DNA of 64,000 nt from Octopus sinensis (lineage: Eukaryota). Made by a program: the position numbers and the translations under genes. Numbering within the stretch: position 1 is the stretch's first letter; every line of letters begins with the position of its first letter. This document shows positions 1-11,866 of the stretch, one piece after another. The stretch is from the NCBI RefSeq assembly GCF_006345805.1, contig NC_043010.1:67704001-67768000 (forward strand). Reading direction: 5' to 3'. The notes beneath the pieces are model-generated. The model worked only from the letters and a program-made list of their open reading frames with translations, ran no database searches and was not told the origin of the DNA.

Positions 1-914
1 ACACAATGACAAAATGGCAAAAAAAGGTATTAAAAATCTAAATTAGAATATTGGAACAAAATAAAAAATATATTGTATTGTTTTGAATGCTAAAGTGATT
101 TTTTGAGTGCCTTTTGTGTGTGTGTTTCATGTGTGTCTGGTATCTCTCTCCATGCACTCACCTACAGACACAAAGACCTGGCTAGCCATCTGTTATGTAA
201 TAAATTTTCATATTCAAAAAAGACAAAAAAAACCTAAATGAGAACCATTTAAGATAAAAGTTATGCAAGTACATTCAATCCTCTTTCCCTGCCCCCCCTC
301 CAGTTGTGACCACCACCACCTCATTAACTATCTTTTGAATTATTTAAATTCCTGATGTTCTGAAACAATAACGGCTGAATTATTCTGTGTGTGTGTGTCT
401 GTGTGTATGATAACGTGTGTTAATATGTCTGTGTGCTTATTTTAATGTGAGAAGGTGCATGGCTTGGTGGCCAGGGTATTTGGCTTGTGATCCTAAGGCC
501 GTAAGTTCAATTCCCAACATCACTTTATGTCCTTAAGCAAGACACTTTATTTCATGATGCTCCAGTTCACTCAGCTTACAAAAATGAGTAGTACCTGTAA
601 TTCAAAAGGTACGTGAGTCTGGTGTACTCAGCCACTTGTACATTAATTTCACAAGAAAGCTATTCTACTGATTGGGTCAGCTGGAACACTCATTGTCACA
701 ACTGACAAAGAGCCAGGCCATTTTAGTGCAGTTTTGTACATAGAATGGTTAATTTTTTTAATTTGGAATACTTTTTTAATTAAAAATTTTTTAATGACAT
801 TTTCACTCCATTTGTCTGGCTTTACATTCTCTCGTGATCTATTTTTATTTATCATATTTACTGGCTTTATAAGATGCATTCTCATATAAGATGCATCCCA
901 CAGTTTATAAGTAT

Positions 915-1380
915 TTGGTAGTAGATTTGGTAGACGGAAACTGAAAGAAGCCCGTCGTATATATGTATATATTTGTGTGTGTGTCTGTGTTTGTTCTCCC
1001 AACATCGCTTGACAACCGATGCTGGTGTGTTTACGTCCCTGTAACTTAACGGTTCGGCAAAAGAGAACGATAGAATAAGTACTAGGCTTCCAAAAAACAA
1101 GTCCTGGGGTCAATTTCCTCATGGTTCTGGGTTCAGTCCCACTACATGGCACCTTGAGCAAGTGTCTTCTACTATAGCCTCCGGCCGGCCGGCAAATACC
1201 TTCTGAGTGGATTTGGCAGACGGAAAGTGAAAGAAGCCCATCATATGTTTGTTCCCACACCATCACTTGACAACTGATGTTGGTGTGTTTACATCCCCGT
1301 ACCTTAGTAGTTCGGCAAAAGAGACCGATAGATGCTCCAGCATGGCCACAGTCAAATGACCAAAACAAGTAAACGAGTAT
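915..1380 (+). mobile_element. Two rearranged copies of SINE family A
   Basis: Blocks GGATTTGGTAGACGGAAACTGAAAGAAGCCC and GCTCCAGCATGGCCACAGTCAAATGA shared with many copies in the window. Confidence 0.8.
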
Positions 1381-1629
1381 GTGTCATCTTCGCTGCTGCT
1401 TATCTATGTATAGCCGTGTTGTTTTGAAGTTTTCCTCTTTGTCTAATTACAATTCAATGTTTGTTCCATTTTCTGATATCCTGTTCTTGTTGCTTTGGTT
1501 AAGCTATTTCATAACCTCTTAATTTACAGCTGCTAAACGTGTCATTTGGCTCATTACAGGATTTATTTATTTTCCTTGTCACTGAAATTGTTTCTCTGAA
1601 AATTACTTCCTCTGTTCAATAATTTCGTG

Positions 1630-1953
1630 TAGAAGTGAAACCTCAGTTTATGAACTTAATTTTTTTCCTGAAGGCCGTTCCGAAATGTTCATAAACCAAA
1701 ACTATTTTCCCTATAGGAAATTCTAGAGAAGGCACAATGAATTTTTGATCAGAGATGTACACTGAATGAAAGCTAAACCAGCGAGTGATGCCCTCCGACT
1801 GTTTCTTCCAGCTTGTTGCCAACCATTGTTGCCGACTTGCATGTTTGTTACTCAAGGCACCATTCATCACTCAAGATGTTTTATGTTCGCAAAATTGTTC
1901 ATAAGCTGATTTGCTTGTGATAAGGGCCTTCACAAACTGAGGTTTCTCCTGTA
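1630..1953. mobile_element. Non-autonomous Tigger/pogo-like DNA element
   Basis: Imperfect terminal inverted repeats (TIRs) gaaacctcagttt / aaactgaggtttc, TA ends, and an internal TTTTCCCTATAGGAAA motif typical of Tigger MITEs. Confidence 0.6.
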
Positions 1954-2052
1954 CTCATTTTTTTGGTATTTCCTTTTTATCAACAGCTATTTTTTTTTTT
2001 ACATCATAAAAATTTATAAATTTCAAGATAAAAAAAATAATTTGTTTTAACA

Positions 2053-2469
2053 TAGGAGTGACTGTGTGGTAAGTAGCTTGCTTACAAACCACATGGTTCC
2101 GGGTTCAGTCCCACTGCATGGCACCTTGGGCAAGTGTCTTCTGCTATAGCCTCGGGCCGACCAAAGCCTTGTGAGCGGATTTGGTAGACAGAAACTGAAA
2201 GAAGCCCGTCGTATATATGTGTGTGTATATATATATATATATTATATATATATATATAATATGTATGTTTGTGTGTCAGTGTTTGTCCCCCCAACATCGT
2301 TTGACAACCAATGCTGGTGTGTTTACGTCCCTGTAACTTAGCGGTTCAGCAAAAGAGACCGATAAAATAAGTACTAGGCTTACAAAGAATAAGTCCTGGG
2401 GTCGATTTGCTCGACTAAAGGCGGTACTCCAGCATGGCCACAGTCAAATGACTGAAACAAGTAAAAGTA
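2053..2469 (+). mobile_element. Full-length SINE family A (GGAGTGGCTGTGTGG head, internal TA/TG microsatellite)
   Basis: tRNA-like A and B boxes, CCTTGGGCAAGTG block, AAAAGAGT tail; about 20 copies in the window. Resembles the described octopus tRNA-SINEs (OK/OR families), assignment unverified. Confidence 0.85.
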
Positions 2470-2470
2470 A

Positions 2471-2955
2471 CCCTTTAGCATTCAGTTTACTCAGTTAAAT
2501 GTAAGGCTTATTCATTCACATTCCTTTGAAGTAATCATGTATTATCTCATAGCTTCCAAATTTTGATGATGTGGTTATTTACTTTTAGAATAACATAACA
2601 TTATAAGGTCGGTGTAAGAGGCCTGATCTGGTTTGTTTCAACATAAAACAGATAGAATATTTGGGCTGGATACTGTATTTCTGTTGAGATGCTCTGTGTT
2701 TCTTTCAATTACTTAAAATATACCCAAGAATTTAGTAAAATAACTTGGTTATCATTCAGCTGGTGTTAGGAACATAAATTGTGACTAAGGTTTGTTGGAA
2801 GACTTTTATTCAAAACTTATGAAAACAAGACATTTGTACTCAGAGCCCGAGGTGGTTTCAGCCAGGTTGGTATCAAAAGGGTTAAGAATTGTTTTTCTAT
2901 TATATATTTTAACCCTTTTGTTACTGTATTTATTTTGGGATGCTCTGTGTTTCTT
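2471..2955. mobile_element. Fused TTAA-type MITEs (family 2 left part, family 1 right part, spacer, family 1 stub)
   Basis: CCCTTT..AAAGGG TTAA termini; body matches the units at 47700-49404. Confidence 0.8.
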
Positions 2956-3379
2956 AGCAAGACTATCATCCACAACTTAACAAACGTATGAAGGAGTCTC
3001 GTATGTAGATACTCAATCTCCTAGAAATAGCAGTTAAAACTCTCTGAAATGATGTCCTGCTATGAAAGGGAAAAAAGGAAGGACATATTGGATAATAAAA
3101 TCCTAGATATGTTATGATTAAAAAATAAAATAAATTAGATGTGATGGCCACAGTTGAAGAGCCTTTGACCATAGGTTTATATTTACTCAGTTTTCTTTTT
3201 TCATCTTATCCGTTTTTCTTTTTTTTTTGTGTGTGTGTTTGTTTTTAATATTTATTTTTCTTGCTGTCCACAGGTCCCCTCACTTTGACGACCTCCGTTT
3301 TGTTCAGCCGTGGCGTGACTGCACTAGCAGAACAACGTCAGTGCGAGCGGCTATGTTTCCATGACAACTGCTTCCAAGA

Positions 3380-3484
3380 ATGGTGAAGACATTCCAAGCC
3401 TACTTACCGCCCAAGTGCCATCGCACATACAGCTGTGTGCATTGCCGTGCACATCTTGCTAACCATGATGAACTCATTTCCAAG
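3380..3484 (+). CDS. YPEL1: Yippee-like protein (YPEL1-4 type), coding exon 1
   Basis: Encodes [35 protein letters not shown], the YPEL N-terminus with the first CxxC. In-frame TGA upstream at 3362; acceptor cag at 3271-3273; donor AAG|gtaact, phase 0. Paralog number is uncertain (co-ortholog of YPEL1-4). Confidence 0.96.
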
Positions 3485-3825
3485 GTAACTAACTCCTCCT
3501 CCACTTCCTCCTTCTTTCACCTCCTCCTTCTCCACAGTCTCCTTCTCCTTCTCTCCCATATTCTTCTCTTTAATTTTCTCTCTCTCTCTCTCTCTCTCTT
3601 CTTCGTCTTCCTTCTTCACCTGTTTTCTTCTTTGTCTCTTCTAAGTGTTTGTCTCCTTCACAGGTTTCCTTGTCTTGCTTCTGTTGTGTTTTTCTGTTTT
3701 TCTTTGTATTTTGTCCAACTTTTATTATTTTTTTTCTTATGTCCACCTTATCCTTCTATTTTCTTCTTCTCTTCATGACTGCTTATTTTGTCTTGTCCTT
3801 TCTTTTATCCAATTGTGTTTCCATC

Positions 3826-4090
3826 TGGCCATTTGTGTATGCTTCTGTCCATTTGTGCCTCCTTCTGTCCATTTGTGTATCCTTCTGTCCATTTGCATCT
3901 CCTTCTTTCCATTTGAGTCTCCTGTCCATTTGTGCCTCCTTCAGTCCATTTGTGACTCCTTCTGTCCATTTGTGTATCCTTCTGTCCATTTGCATCTCCT
4001 TCTTTCCATTTGTGCCTCCTTCTGTCCATTTGTGCCTCTTCCCCTCCTCTATCCATTTGTGTCTCCGTTTACTTTGTCCACTTCTGTCTT
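3826..4090 (+). repeat. 20-bp minisatellite (ccttctgtccatttgtg..)
   Basis: About 11-12 degenerate tandem units in YPEL intron 1. Confidence 0.9.
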
Positions 4091-4170
4091 CTGCCCACTA
4101 TGTTTCCTTTTGTCTTCTGTGTCTCCTGTCCACCTGTCCCACCTTGTCTCCCTTTGTCTTCTATTCTTTT

Positions 4171-4600
4171 GTCCACCATGCCTCCATGTGTCCACCATAT
4201 CTCCTTATGTCCACCATGCCTCTTCCTGTCCCAACATGTCTCCCTTTGTTTCTATGTCTCTTGTCCACCATGCCTCCATGTGTCCACCATATCTCCTTAT
4301 GTCCACCATGCCTCTTCCTGTCCCAACATGTCTCCCTTTGTTTCTATGTCTCTTGTCCACCATGCCTCCATGTGTCCACCATATCTCCTTATGTCCACCA
4401 TGCCTCTTCCTGTCCCAACATGTCTCCCTTTGTTTCTATGTCTCTTGTCCACCATGCCTCCATGTGTCCACCATATCTCCTTATGTCCACCATGCCTCTT
4501 CCTGTCCTAACATGTCTCCCTTTGTTTCTATGTCTCTTGTCCACCATATGTCTTCCTGTCCCACCATGTCTCCCTTTGTCTTCTATGTCTCTCATCCACC
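4171..4600 (+). repeat. 92-bp minisatellite, 4 near-perfect units plus a partial
   Basis: gtccaccat starts at 4171, 4263, 4355, 4447 and 4539. Confidence 0.95.
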
Positions 4601-5236
4601 ATGCCACCTTGTTTTCACCATGCTGTTTCCTATCCCACCATGTCTCCCTTTGTCTTCTATGTCTCCTCCTTTCCACTATGTCCCCTTCTATCTTCTATGC
4701 CTTTTCCTCTCCACTTTGTCTTCCTTTGTTTACTTGCTTTTTTTACCTTTGTCTCGTAAAAAGCATCCAGTCCACACTGTAAAGTGGTTGGCATTTGGAA
4801 GAGCATCCAGCCATAAAAAACCATGCCAAAATTGACCTCGCCTCTGTTGGTGCCACATAAAAAGCACTCAGTCCACTCTGCTGAGTGGGTGGTGTTATGA
4901 AGGGCATCCAGCTGTAAAACCCTGCCAAAACAGACACAGTAGCCTGAGATAGTCTTCTACTTGGCTGACTCCTGTCAAACTATCCAACCTATGCCAGCAT
5001 GGAAGGTGGACATTAAACGGTGGTGATAATGATGATGATGCTTCTAAAATGACAAGATGGTCACATCTGGAACACCTTTGATCATAAGCCTACTTGATCT
5101 GATTTGATCTGCGACAAAACAAGATCTAACTTTAGTTTATCAAATTGCATGCAATAATTAAGATATCTGGGTGATGATGGTAGTGGTATAGGCCATGCAT
5201 CAATGAATATACACCCTGTATTTCAAGGATTATATA

Positions 5237-5539
5237 GGAGCACTCTGTCGGTTACGACGACGTGGGTCCCAGCTGATACGATCAACGGAACAGCTTCCTC
5301 GTGAAATTAACGTGCAAGTGGCTGAGTATTCCACAGACACGTTTATCCCTAAAGTAGTTCTCAGGGAGATTCAGCCGGCCCTTTGAAATACAGGTACAAC
5401 TCATTTTTGCCGGCTGGGTGGACTGGAGCAACGTGAAATAAAGTGTCTTGCTCAAGGACACAACGTGTCACCGGGAATTGAACTCATGACCTTACAGTGG
5501 TGAGCCGAATGCCCTAACCACTAAGCCATGCACCTTCAC
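5237..5539 (-). mobile_element. tRNA-headed SINE (GTGAAGGTGCATGGCTTAGTGG head)
   Basis: A and B boxes and CTTGAGCAAGACACTT block; related copies at 451-650, 21290-21580 and 41275-42020. Confidence 0.8.
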
Positions 5540-5741
5540 GGAGTATATACACTGTGTCAAATATCATAGTTGCGACATTTGGATTTTGATGGTGGTGAGC
5601 ATTTATCAACAGAATATGCATCTGCTTTCAAGTAATGGGTGATGATTGATGATTGTGAGAATGTGGGCCCTATATTGAGGAATATAAACCCTGTATCAAA
5701 ATAGTGAAGGCATTTGGGTGGTGATAGTAGTGATGGTAGCC

Positions 5742-6290
5742 CTCATCATCATCGTTGTCATTTAATGTCCACTTTCCATGCTTGCATGGGTTGGATGGTT
5801 TGACTGAGGACTGGCGAGCCAGATGGCTGCACCAGGCTTCAATCTTGATCTGGCAAAGTTTCTACAGCTGGATGCCCTTCTTAATGCCAACCACTCCGAG
5901 AGTGTAGTGGGTGCTTTTACATGCCACTGATACAAGGGCCAGTCAGGCGGTACTGGCAATGACCACGCTCAAAAGGTGCTTTTTACGCGCCACCTGCACA
6001 GGAGCCAGTCCAGCGGCACTGGCAACGACCATGCTAGAATGTTGTTTTTCATGTGCCAGTAAGGCGACGCTGGTAACGATCACACTCAAATGGTGATTAT
6101 TACATGCCACTGGCATGGGAGCCAGTCAGTGGTCCTGGGAATGATCATGCTCAGATGATGCTTTTAACATTCCACTGGCACAAGTGCCAATCAGGTGGTA
6201 CTGTCTGCAGCCACATCAACGATTTTGATTTCACTTGCCTCAACAAGTCTTCGCAAGCAAAGTTTATTGTCCAATGAATGAAGGGTACTC
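5742..6290 (-). mobile_element. SINE family C with internal ~66-bp repeats and (GAT)n tail
   Basis: GGTTGGC..AGAAGGGCATCCAGCTGTAGAAAC block and CCAACCCATGC..GATGATG tail. Confidence 0.85.
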
Positions 6291-7015
6291 ATAAGTAGTC
6301 TGGTTATACACCATGTTAATTAAGCCCTATGTTGTTTAATATACACCTTTATATATCAAGGAATATACATCCTATTTTAAAATAGTCAGAACCTTATTTG
6401 AGTGACGATGGTGAGTTACAGCTGTCTGTTTTTTCTGGATTCATTTTGATCTCATCCTTTTAATATTAATATGCAATACCAGTCAAGTACTGGGGTGATT
6501 TCAGGCAATTCGACTTCGTTTTATCTGGTGCCAACACAAGGAATTCTTTTATCTCTTATTTGTTTCAGTCATTAGGTTGTGGCCATGCTGGAGCACTGAC
6601 TTGAAGAATTTTTAGTCAAACAACTCACTACCAGTACCTTTCTTTTTTAACATGCACACACACATATATACATATATATGACGGGCTTCTTTCAGTTTCC
6701 ATCTACCAAATCCACTCACAAAGGCTTTGGTCGGCCCGAGGCTATAGTACGAGACACTTGCCCAAGGTGCCACGCAGTGGGACTGAACCCGGAACCATGT
6801 GGTTGGTAAGCAAGCTACTTACCACACAGCCACTCCTGTGCCTATAATAATGTTAATTATTGATGACAATGATGAATTCAGTAATGTGGGACTGATATTT
6901 CAACACATTCTATCCGGCATTCTGTTGTTAAATTTAGTAAGATAAAGTACTGGAGGTTGAGAACATACGATAGAGGGATGACAGGAACAGGTTTCTTGCG
7001 GAAGGGGTTATTACG

Positions 7016-7532
7016 TACTGTAAATCCTCGAGTATAATCCGCACTTTTTTCCCCAAAATTTAAAGGTCAAAATCCCTAGTGCATACTATATACAAGGTTA
7101 AAAATGAAAAATATTTTCTAAGCAATGTCCGAGTCTCTATTTGCTGTCCAGCAATGTTTATTCGGACGCATTTTGTGATGTCGGGTGCAAAAATACCTCA
7201 AGCTAAGCCTGAAAGCAATGAAGTCATAAAAGAATCGTCCATAACTTGCAGTAAGCAACATTTATTAAACGTTATTACAGTTATTTCTTTATTTTCTGCT
7301 AACAAAATGCACAAAAAAGCTACACATTTGCATTATATTATATATACAATAATAATAAAGGACATTACTGTATACAGTTTTACAAACCAAGGACATTATA
7401 TAGACCTCCTTGACTCAAGTTAGAGAAGGGGTGCGTATTATACACAAGGTTTAGGTTTTTCAGAGGTACAGCCCCCTAAAAATCCCCTGCGTATTATACT
7501 CAAGGGCGGACTATACTTGAGGATTTACGGTA
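7016..7532. mobile_element. Non-autonomous Tc1/pogo-type DNA element
   Basis: TIRs TAC(T/C)GTAAATCCTCGAGTATA / TATACTTGAGGATTTACGGTA; second copy at 44678-45199. Confidence 0.75.
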
Positions 7533-7716
7533 TATCTGTACATATATTCATACTTATGCACATATATACTTCTGGGGATTATCCCTGTCTTCTTTGAATA
7601 GGAAAAACATTACGGAGTGTTGTACTGACCTGGAGGAGTAATAAAGGTCAAAATATGAAAAATTCTAGTTTGTGGTTTCTGTCCTTCATCTCATTTTTTT
7701 CTTGTTTCTTTTACAG

Positions 7717-7760
7717 TCTTTCCAAGGAAGTTTAGGACGTGCCTACCTCTTCAACTCTGT
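7717..7760 (+). CDS. YPEL1: Yippee-like protein, coding exon 2 (44 nt)
   Basis: Acceptor ttttacag|; encodes SFQGSLGRAYLFNS plus GT; donor |gtgagt, phase 2. Matches the conserved YPEL SFQGSxGRAYLFNSV. Confidence 0.95.
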
Positions 7761-9272
7761 GTGAGTATTACTTCATTTCATTCTTTTTTATTTTTTTACA
7801 TCCATTTTTCTATTCCATGCCAGCATGCATTAAATGAGTGTACTACTGAGATTTTGTTTTACAGTTGGATGCCCTTCGGCAAGACTTCCGCCCATCCCCC
7901 CACAAAAACCACCCTTTAAAAAAAAATTTTTTTTTTCGACACAAACTCCCCTTTTCAGCTACGGGGAATACGAATCTACAAAAAAATTGGCAAAAATCGA
8001 CATTTCTAAATTACCACCCCCCACCCCTATTTCCTTCATTTTAAACTTTTCTTGCAATGTTTTTTTCAAAATTTGTGGGAAAATATGGAGATTATGATTC
8101 TGAAAAAAATTTTCAAATATCTTTGTAAAATTTTTTTCAAGAATTGTTTTTTCTAAATATGCAGAAAAATATGGACATCAGGATTTGAACAAAAATTTCA
8201 AAACATTTCTGTACACTTACGGTTATGGTTTTAGGGTTAGGGTTAGTGTTGGGGAAAAAAGTCAGAATTGAAGAAGTTGGGGGGAAAGTTTCACAACGCC
8301 GATTTTTGATAATTTTCCAGAACCTCCGTATCCAAAAATGGGGATAATTGATACTGATAGAATAAGTTGATTTCTTCCACTAAAACCCTTTAAGGTGGTT
8401 CTCCACCATGGCTGCAGTCAAATGGCTGAAACAAGTAAAAGAATAAAAGAATATATATCGTCATCATCATTATGTAATGTCTGCTTTCCATGCTGGCATG
8501 GGTTGGACGGTTTAACTGGAACTGGTATAGCAGAGAGCTGCCCCAGGTTCCAGTCTGATTTGGCATGGTTTCTACAGCTGGATGCCAAAACTTACACCAA
8601 ACACTCCATATGGATGTATGCATGTCATTTGTCACCTCTTTCAAATGAGTATCATCAGAGTCCATCCTGTATCCATGAGCTGTACGTATAAAAGTCTCTC
8701 AACAAGTCACGCAATCAGTAATTCTATGCCGGTCATTAACTAATTTGTCCTTGCCATTTTTAAGGGAATGTCGAAAGAATTTTGGCTGCTATAACTTTGT
8801 GTGTGTGAGAGAGAGAGAGAAGGCTTTGTGTGGAAGCATTTATCAAAGGGAGTTAATACGAGTATAATGTACATACATAAAATTACCTCCCTTCATCAGG
8901 ATTCGTTTTTACATAATGTCCAAATGTTTGTCTAACGTGGGAAATCAACGAACGAGTATTTAGACTATGTGGTCGACCAACCTATTACAAATAACAACAA
9001 AATCTCCTTCAAATCACATACTGTTATCTTTGAAAGTAGAACACGTTGGATAATGCATCCTAGATATACTATGTCTGTAGAAAAAAAATATGTCAGGACC
9101 CGAACGTCTTTCATACACCAGGATAGAGATTTATAACTGAAGGCTGCATTTGAATTCAATAATAATGATGATGATGATGATGATGATTTCTTTTATATGC
9201 CACCTGGGCGAAGGATTGAGGGGAACAATACAAGGACGTACCTCAAGTGTTGGGGTTTACATATACTGAAAT

Positions 9273-9319
<47 letters not shown>

Positions 9320-10299
9320 CAAGTATAATAATAAATTTGATTAATTTGAGTATCAATTCTTACAATTTTGTGAATATAGAGGCAGGCGCGTCTGTGTGGT
9401 AAGAAGCTTGCTTACAAACCATATGGTTCTGGGTTCTGTATAGCACCTTGGGCAAGTATCTTCCACTCTAGCCTTAGGCCAACCAAAGCCTTGTGAGTGG
9501 GTTTGGTAGACAGAAACTGAAAGAAGCCTATCATATATGTGTGTGTGTGTGTGTCTTTGAATTTGTCTCCTCCCAGATAGACTCCCACCCTCCCTTATAT
9601 AAAGGGAGGGTAGTCGGGTATCTTTTCTATAGCAAGACATCTCTACCTCTGCTCGTCCTTGCTTTTCCTTGGCATAAAAATCACCTCTCCACTCTCAAAT
9701 ATTCCCATCACTTAGTCAAAAGGGGATTCCCTTCACCTACTTCCAACCCTTACTGCTTTTCCTTTTTCTTGTCCTTTCCCGACTTGCAAGCTGTCTGGCA
9801 ACCCCACTAATTACAGTCATCATGAAAATAGCAGCACCCAGTCATAGTAAAAAAAGGCAAAGCTGATGTTGAGCACACTGCAGTCTTGTATCTCACTGGA
9901 TCCCGTCAAACCACTTGTATTCTTGATGACAATGTAACCTTCATTTAACTAAGGTATATTCAGCCTGATGAATATACTCCATTCTCTCAATTTGTATATA
10001 TATATATATATATATATTTGTGTGTGTGTGTATTATTGTATTTGATTGTCCTCCACAATGAATAAGTAAGCTTTAACATTTTGACAGAATCATCTGAACT
10101 AGCAGGACCCATGAATATTTCATGGAATTAATGGTAAACTTATTGGATGATTTCTGAAAACTTTGTCCAAAAAACCTGAAAGCCTTAGCGCCTGTGTTGT
10201 GTCTGTATAAAAGATAGTTGCTCATCTGCTAATCATTGAAAAGTGAAGGAAACTGGAATATGATGATTACTTAATACACTAACAGCACCATCCAAGTGG

Positions 10300-10718
10300 G
10301 ATCACTGCCAGAGCAGCTGTCTGGCTTCTGTGCTGGTGGCATGTAAAAAGCACCATTTGAGCGTGATCGTTACCAGTGTCACCTTACTGGCACTTATGCT
10401 GGTGGCACGTGAACAAAACATTCAAGTGAACTCGTTGCCATTGCTGCTTGACTGGCTCCTGTGCAGGTAGCACTTAAAAAACACCATTTGAGCGTGACTG
10501 TTGCCAGTACTGCCAGACTGGCCCTCGTGCAGGTAGCATGTAAAAGCACGCACTACACTCTTGGAGTGGTTGGCATTAGGAAGGGCATCCAGCTGTAGAA
10601 ACTCTGCCAGATCAGATTGGAGCCTGGTGCAGCCATCTGGTTTGCCAGTCCTCAGTTAAATTGTCCAACCCATGCTAGCATGGAAAGCGGACGTTAAACG
10701 ATGATGATGATGATGATA
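10300..10718 (+). mobile_element. SINE family C copy
   Basis: Four GGTGGCATGTAAAA-type units, GGAAGGGCATCCAGCTG block, (GAT)n tail. Confidence 0.85.
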
Positions 10719-10820
10719 CTTTATACACAATTCTTTAGACTTAATACACAGCACTCTCTCCTTTTTCTTTTATTCTTCATCTTTCCCTTCAACTGATCAT
10801 GTGAAAGTGTTATAGACAGG

Positions 10821-11116
10821 TTGTTGTTTGTTCCTTCTCCAGCCATGCCTGGCTCATAAGGGCCGGTTTCCTTGGCGTATAGGTTCCCCACCTGGACAGG
10901 ATGCCAGTCCATCACAGGTGAGCTGTAAGATGCAGGAGGAAAGAATGAGAGAAAGTACTGGTGAAAGAGTCAGCAGAAGTTCGCCATTGCCTTCTGCCAG
11001 AGCCGCATGGAGCTTAGGTGTTTCGCTCATAAACACACACATCGCCCAGTCTGCGATTCGAACTCGCGATCCCTCGACCACAAGTCGCTGCTCTAACCAC
11101 TAGGCCAAGTGCCTCC
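10821..11116 (-). mobile_element. tRNA-headed SINE with (AAC)n tail, fused behind the 5S copy
   Basis: A box TGGCCTAGTGG, B box GAGTTCGAATC, short AAC tail. Confidence 0.85.
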
Positions 11117-11129
11117 AAAAGTGTGTGAC

Positions 11130-11249
11130 GCTTACATCACCTAGGTTTCCCAAGTCGTCACCCATCTATAAGTACTAACTAGGCTCAACGTTGCTTAACT
11201 TCGGTGATCAGACGAGAACCGATGGTTTCAATGTGATATGACCGTAAGC
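11130..11249 (-). pseudogene. Full-length diverged 5S rRNA copy (retroposed)
   Basis: Minus strand reads GCTTACGGTCATATCACATTGAAACCATCGGTTCTCGTCTGATCACCGAAGTTAAGCAACG..GATGGGTGACGACTTGGGAAACCTAGGTGATGTAAGC. 120 nt, collinear with 5S, single copy with substitutions. Confidence 0.88.
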
Positions 11250-11441
11250 CGTTATAGACAGGATAAGTAATGGAAGAAAAAAAAGTTAATTAAAAAAAAT
11301 TACGTAGTTCACTCACCACCTCCTCTCCCTCTCCCCCCTCCCCACTTCAACTAATTATGTGGAAGCGTTACAGATGGACTAAGTAACGGAGGAACAGGCA
11401 GAATTATTATAAGATGCTAAAGGGTTAAGACTGATACAATA

Positions 11442-11717
11442 GAAACAAAAGACATAAAATAAGGGGGTGAAAACTTCTAACCCCTATAGAAATTTCTGCC
11501 CTTATGATGCTGTTTTTTTTTTTTTTTTTTTTTTTTTTGGGAAACAAAAGACATAAAACAAGGGGTGAAAACTTCTGACCCCTATAGAAATTTCTGCCCT
11601 TATGATGCTGTTTTTTTTTGTTTGTTTTTTTGGGGGGGAAACAAAAGACATAAAACAAGGGGGTGAAAATTTATATCCCCTATAGAAATTTCTGCCTTTA
11701 TGATGCTGTTTTTTTTC
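11442..11717 (+). repeat. ~98-bp triplication with poly-T tracts
   Basis: gaaacaaaagacataaaa starts at 11442, 11541 and 11638. Confidence 0.9.
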
Positions 11718-11757
11718 ATACCTTCAGTTCATATTTTCCCCTTTGTTTTGCTTTCAG

Positions 11758-11866
11758 TGTCAATGTTGGGTGTGGCCCTGCTGAAGAGCGTGTCCTCCTT
11801 ACAGGTCTTCATGCAGTTGCAGATATCTACTGTGAATGCTGTAAAACCACCCTTGGGTGGAAATAT
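11758..11866 (+). CDS. YPEL1: Yippee-like protein, coding exon 3 (109 nt)
   Basis: Acceptor gctttcag|T completes GTT (Val); encodes [36 protein letters not shown] with the second CxxC; donor |gtaagt. Confidence 0.96.

Noticed and set aside
649-1368. 239-aa ORF and similar ORFs at 14319-15638, 36364, 46793 and 53133
   Set aside because: Chance translations of SINE family A or B.
3645-4835. 396-aa and 377-aa ORFs
   Set aside because: They lie in the A-poor minisatellite of YPEL intron 1; stops are absent for compositional reasons and the translation is repetitive.
8231-8247. TTAGGG repeats as an interstitial telomere
   Set aside because: Only about 2.5 units, inside a dispersed-repeat-like segment.
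9965-9971. CTGATGA (also at 8651-8657 and about 24745 on the minus strand) as hammerheads
   Set aside because: No correctly placed GAAA or closing stems.
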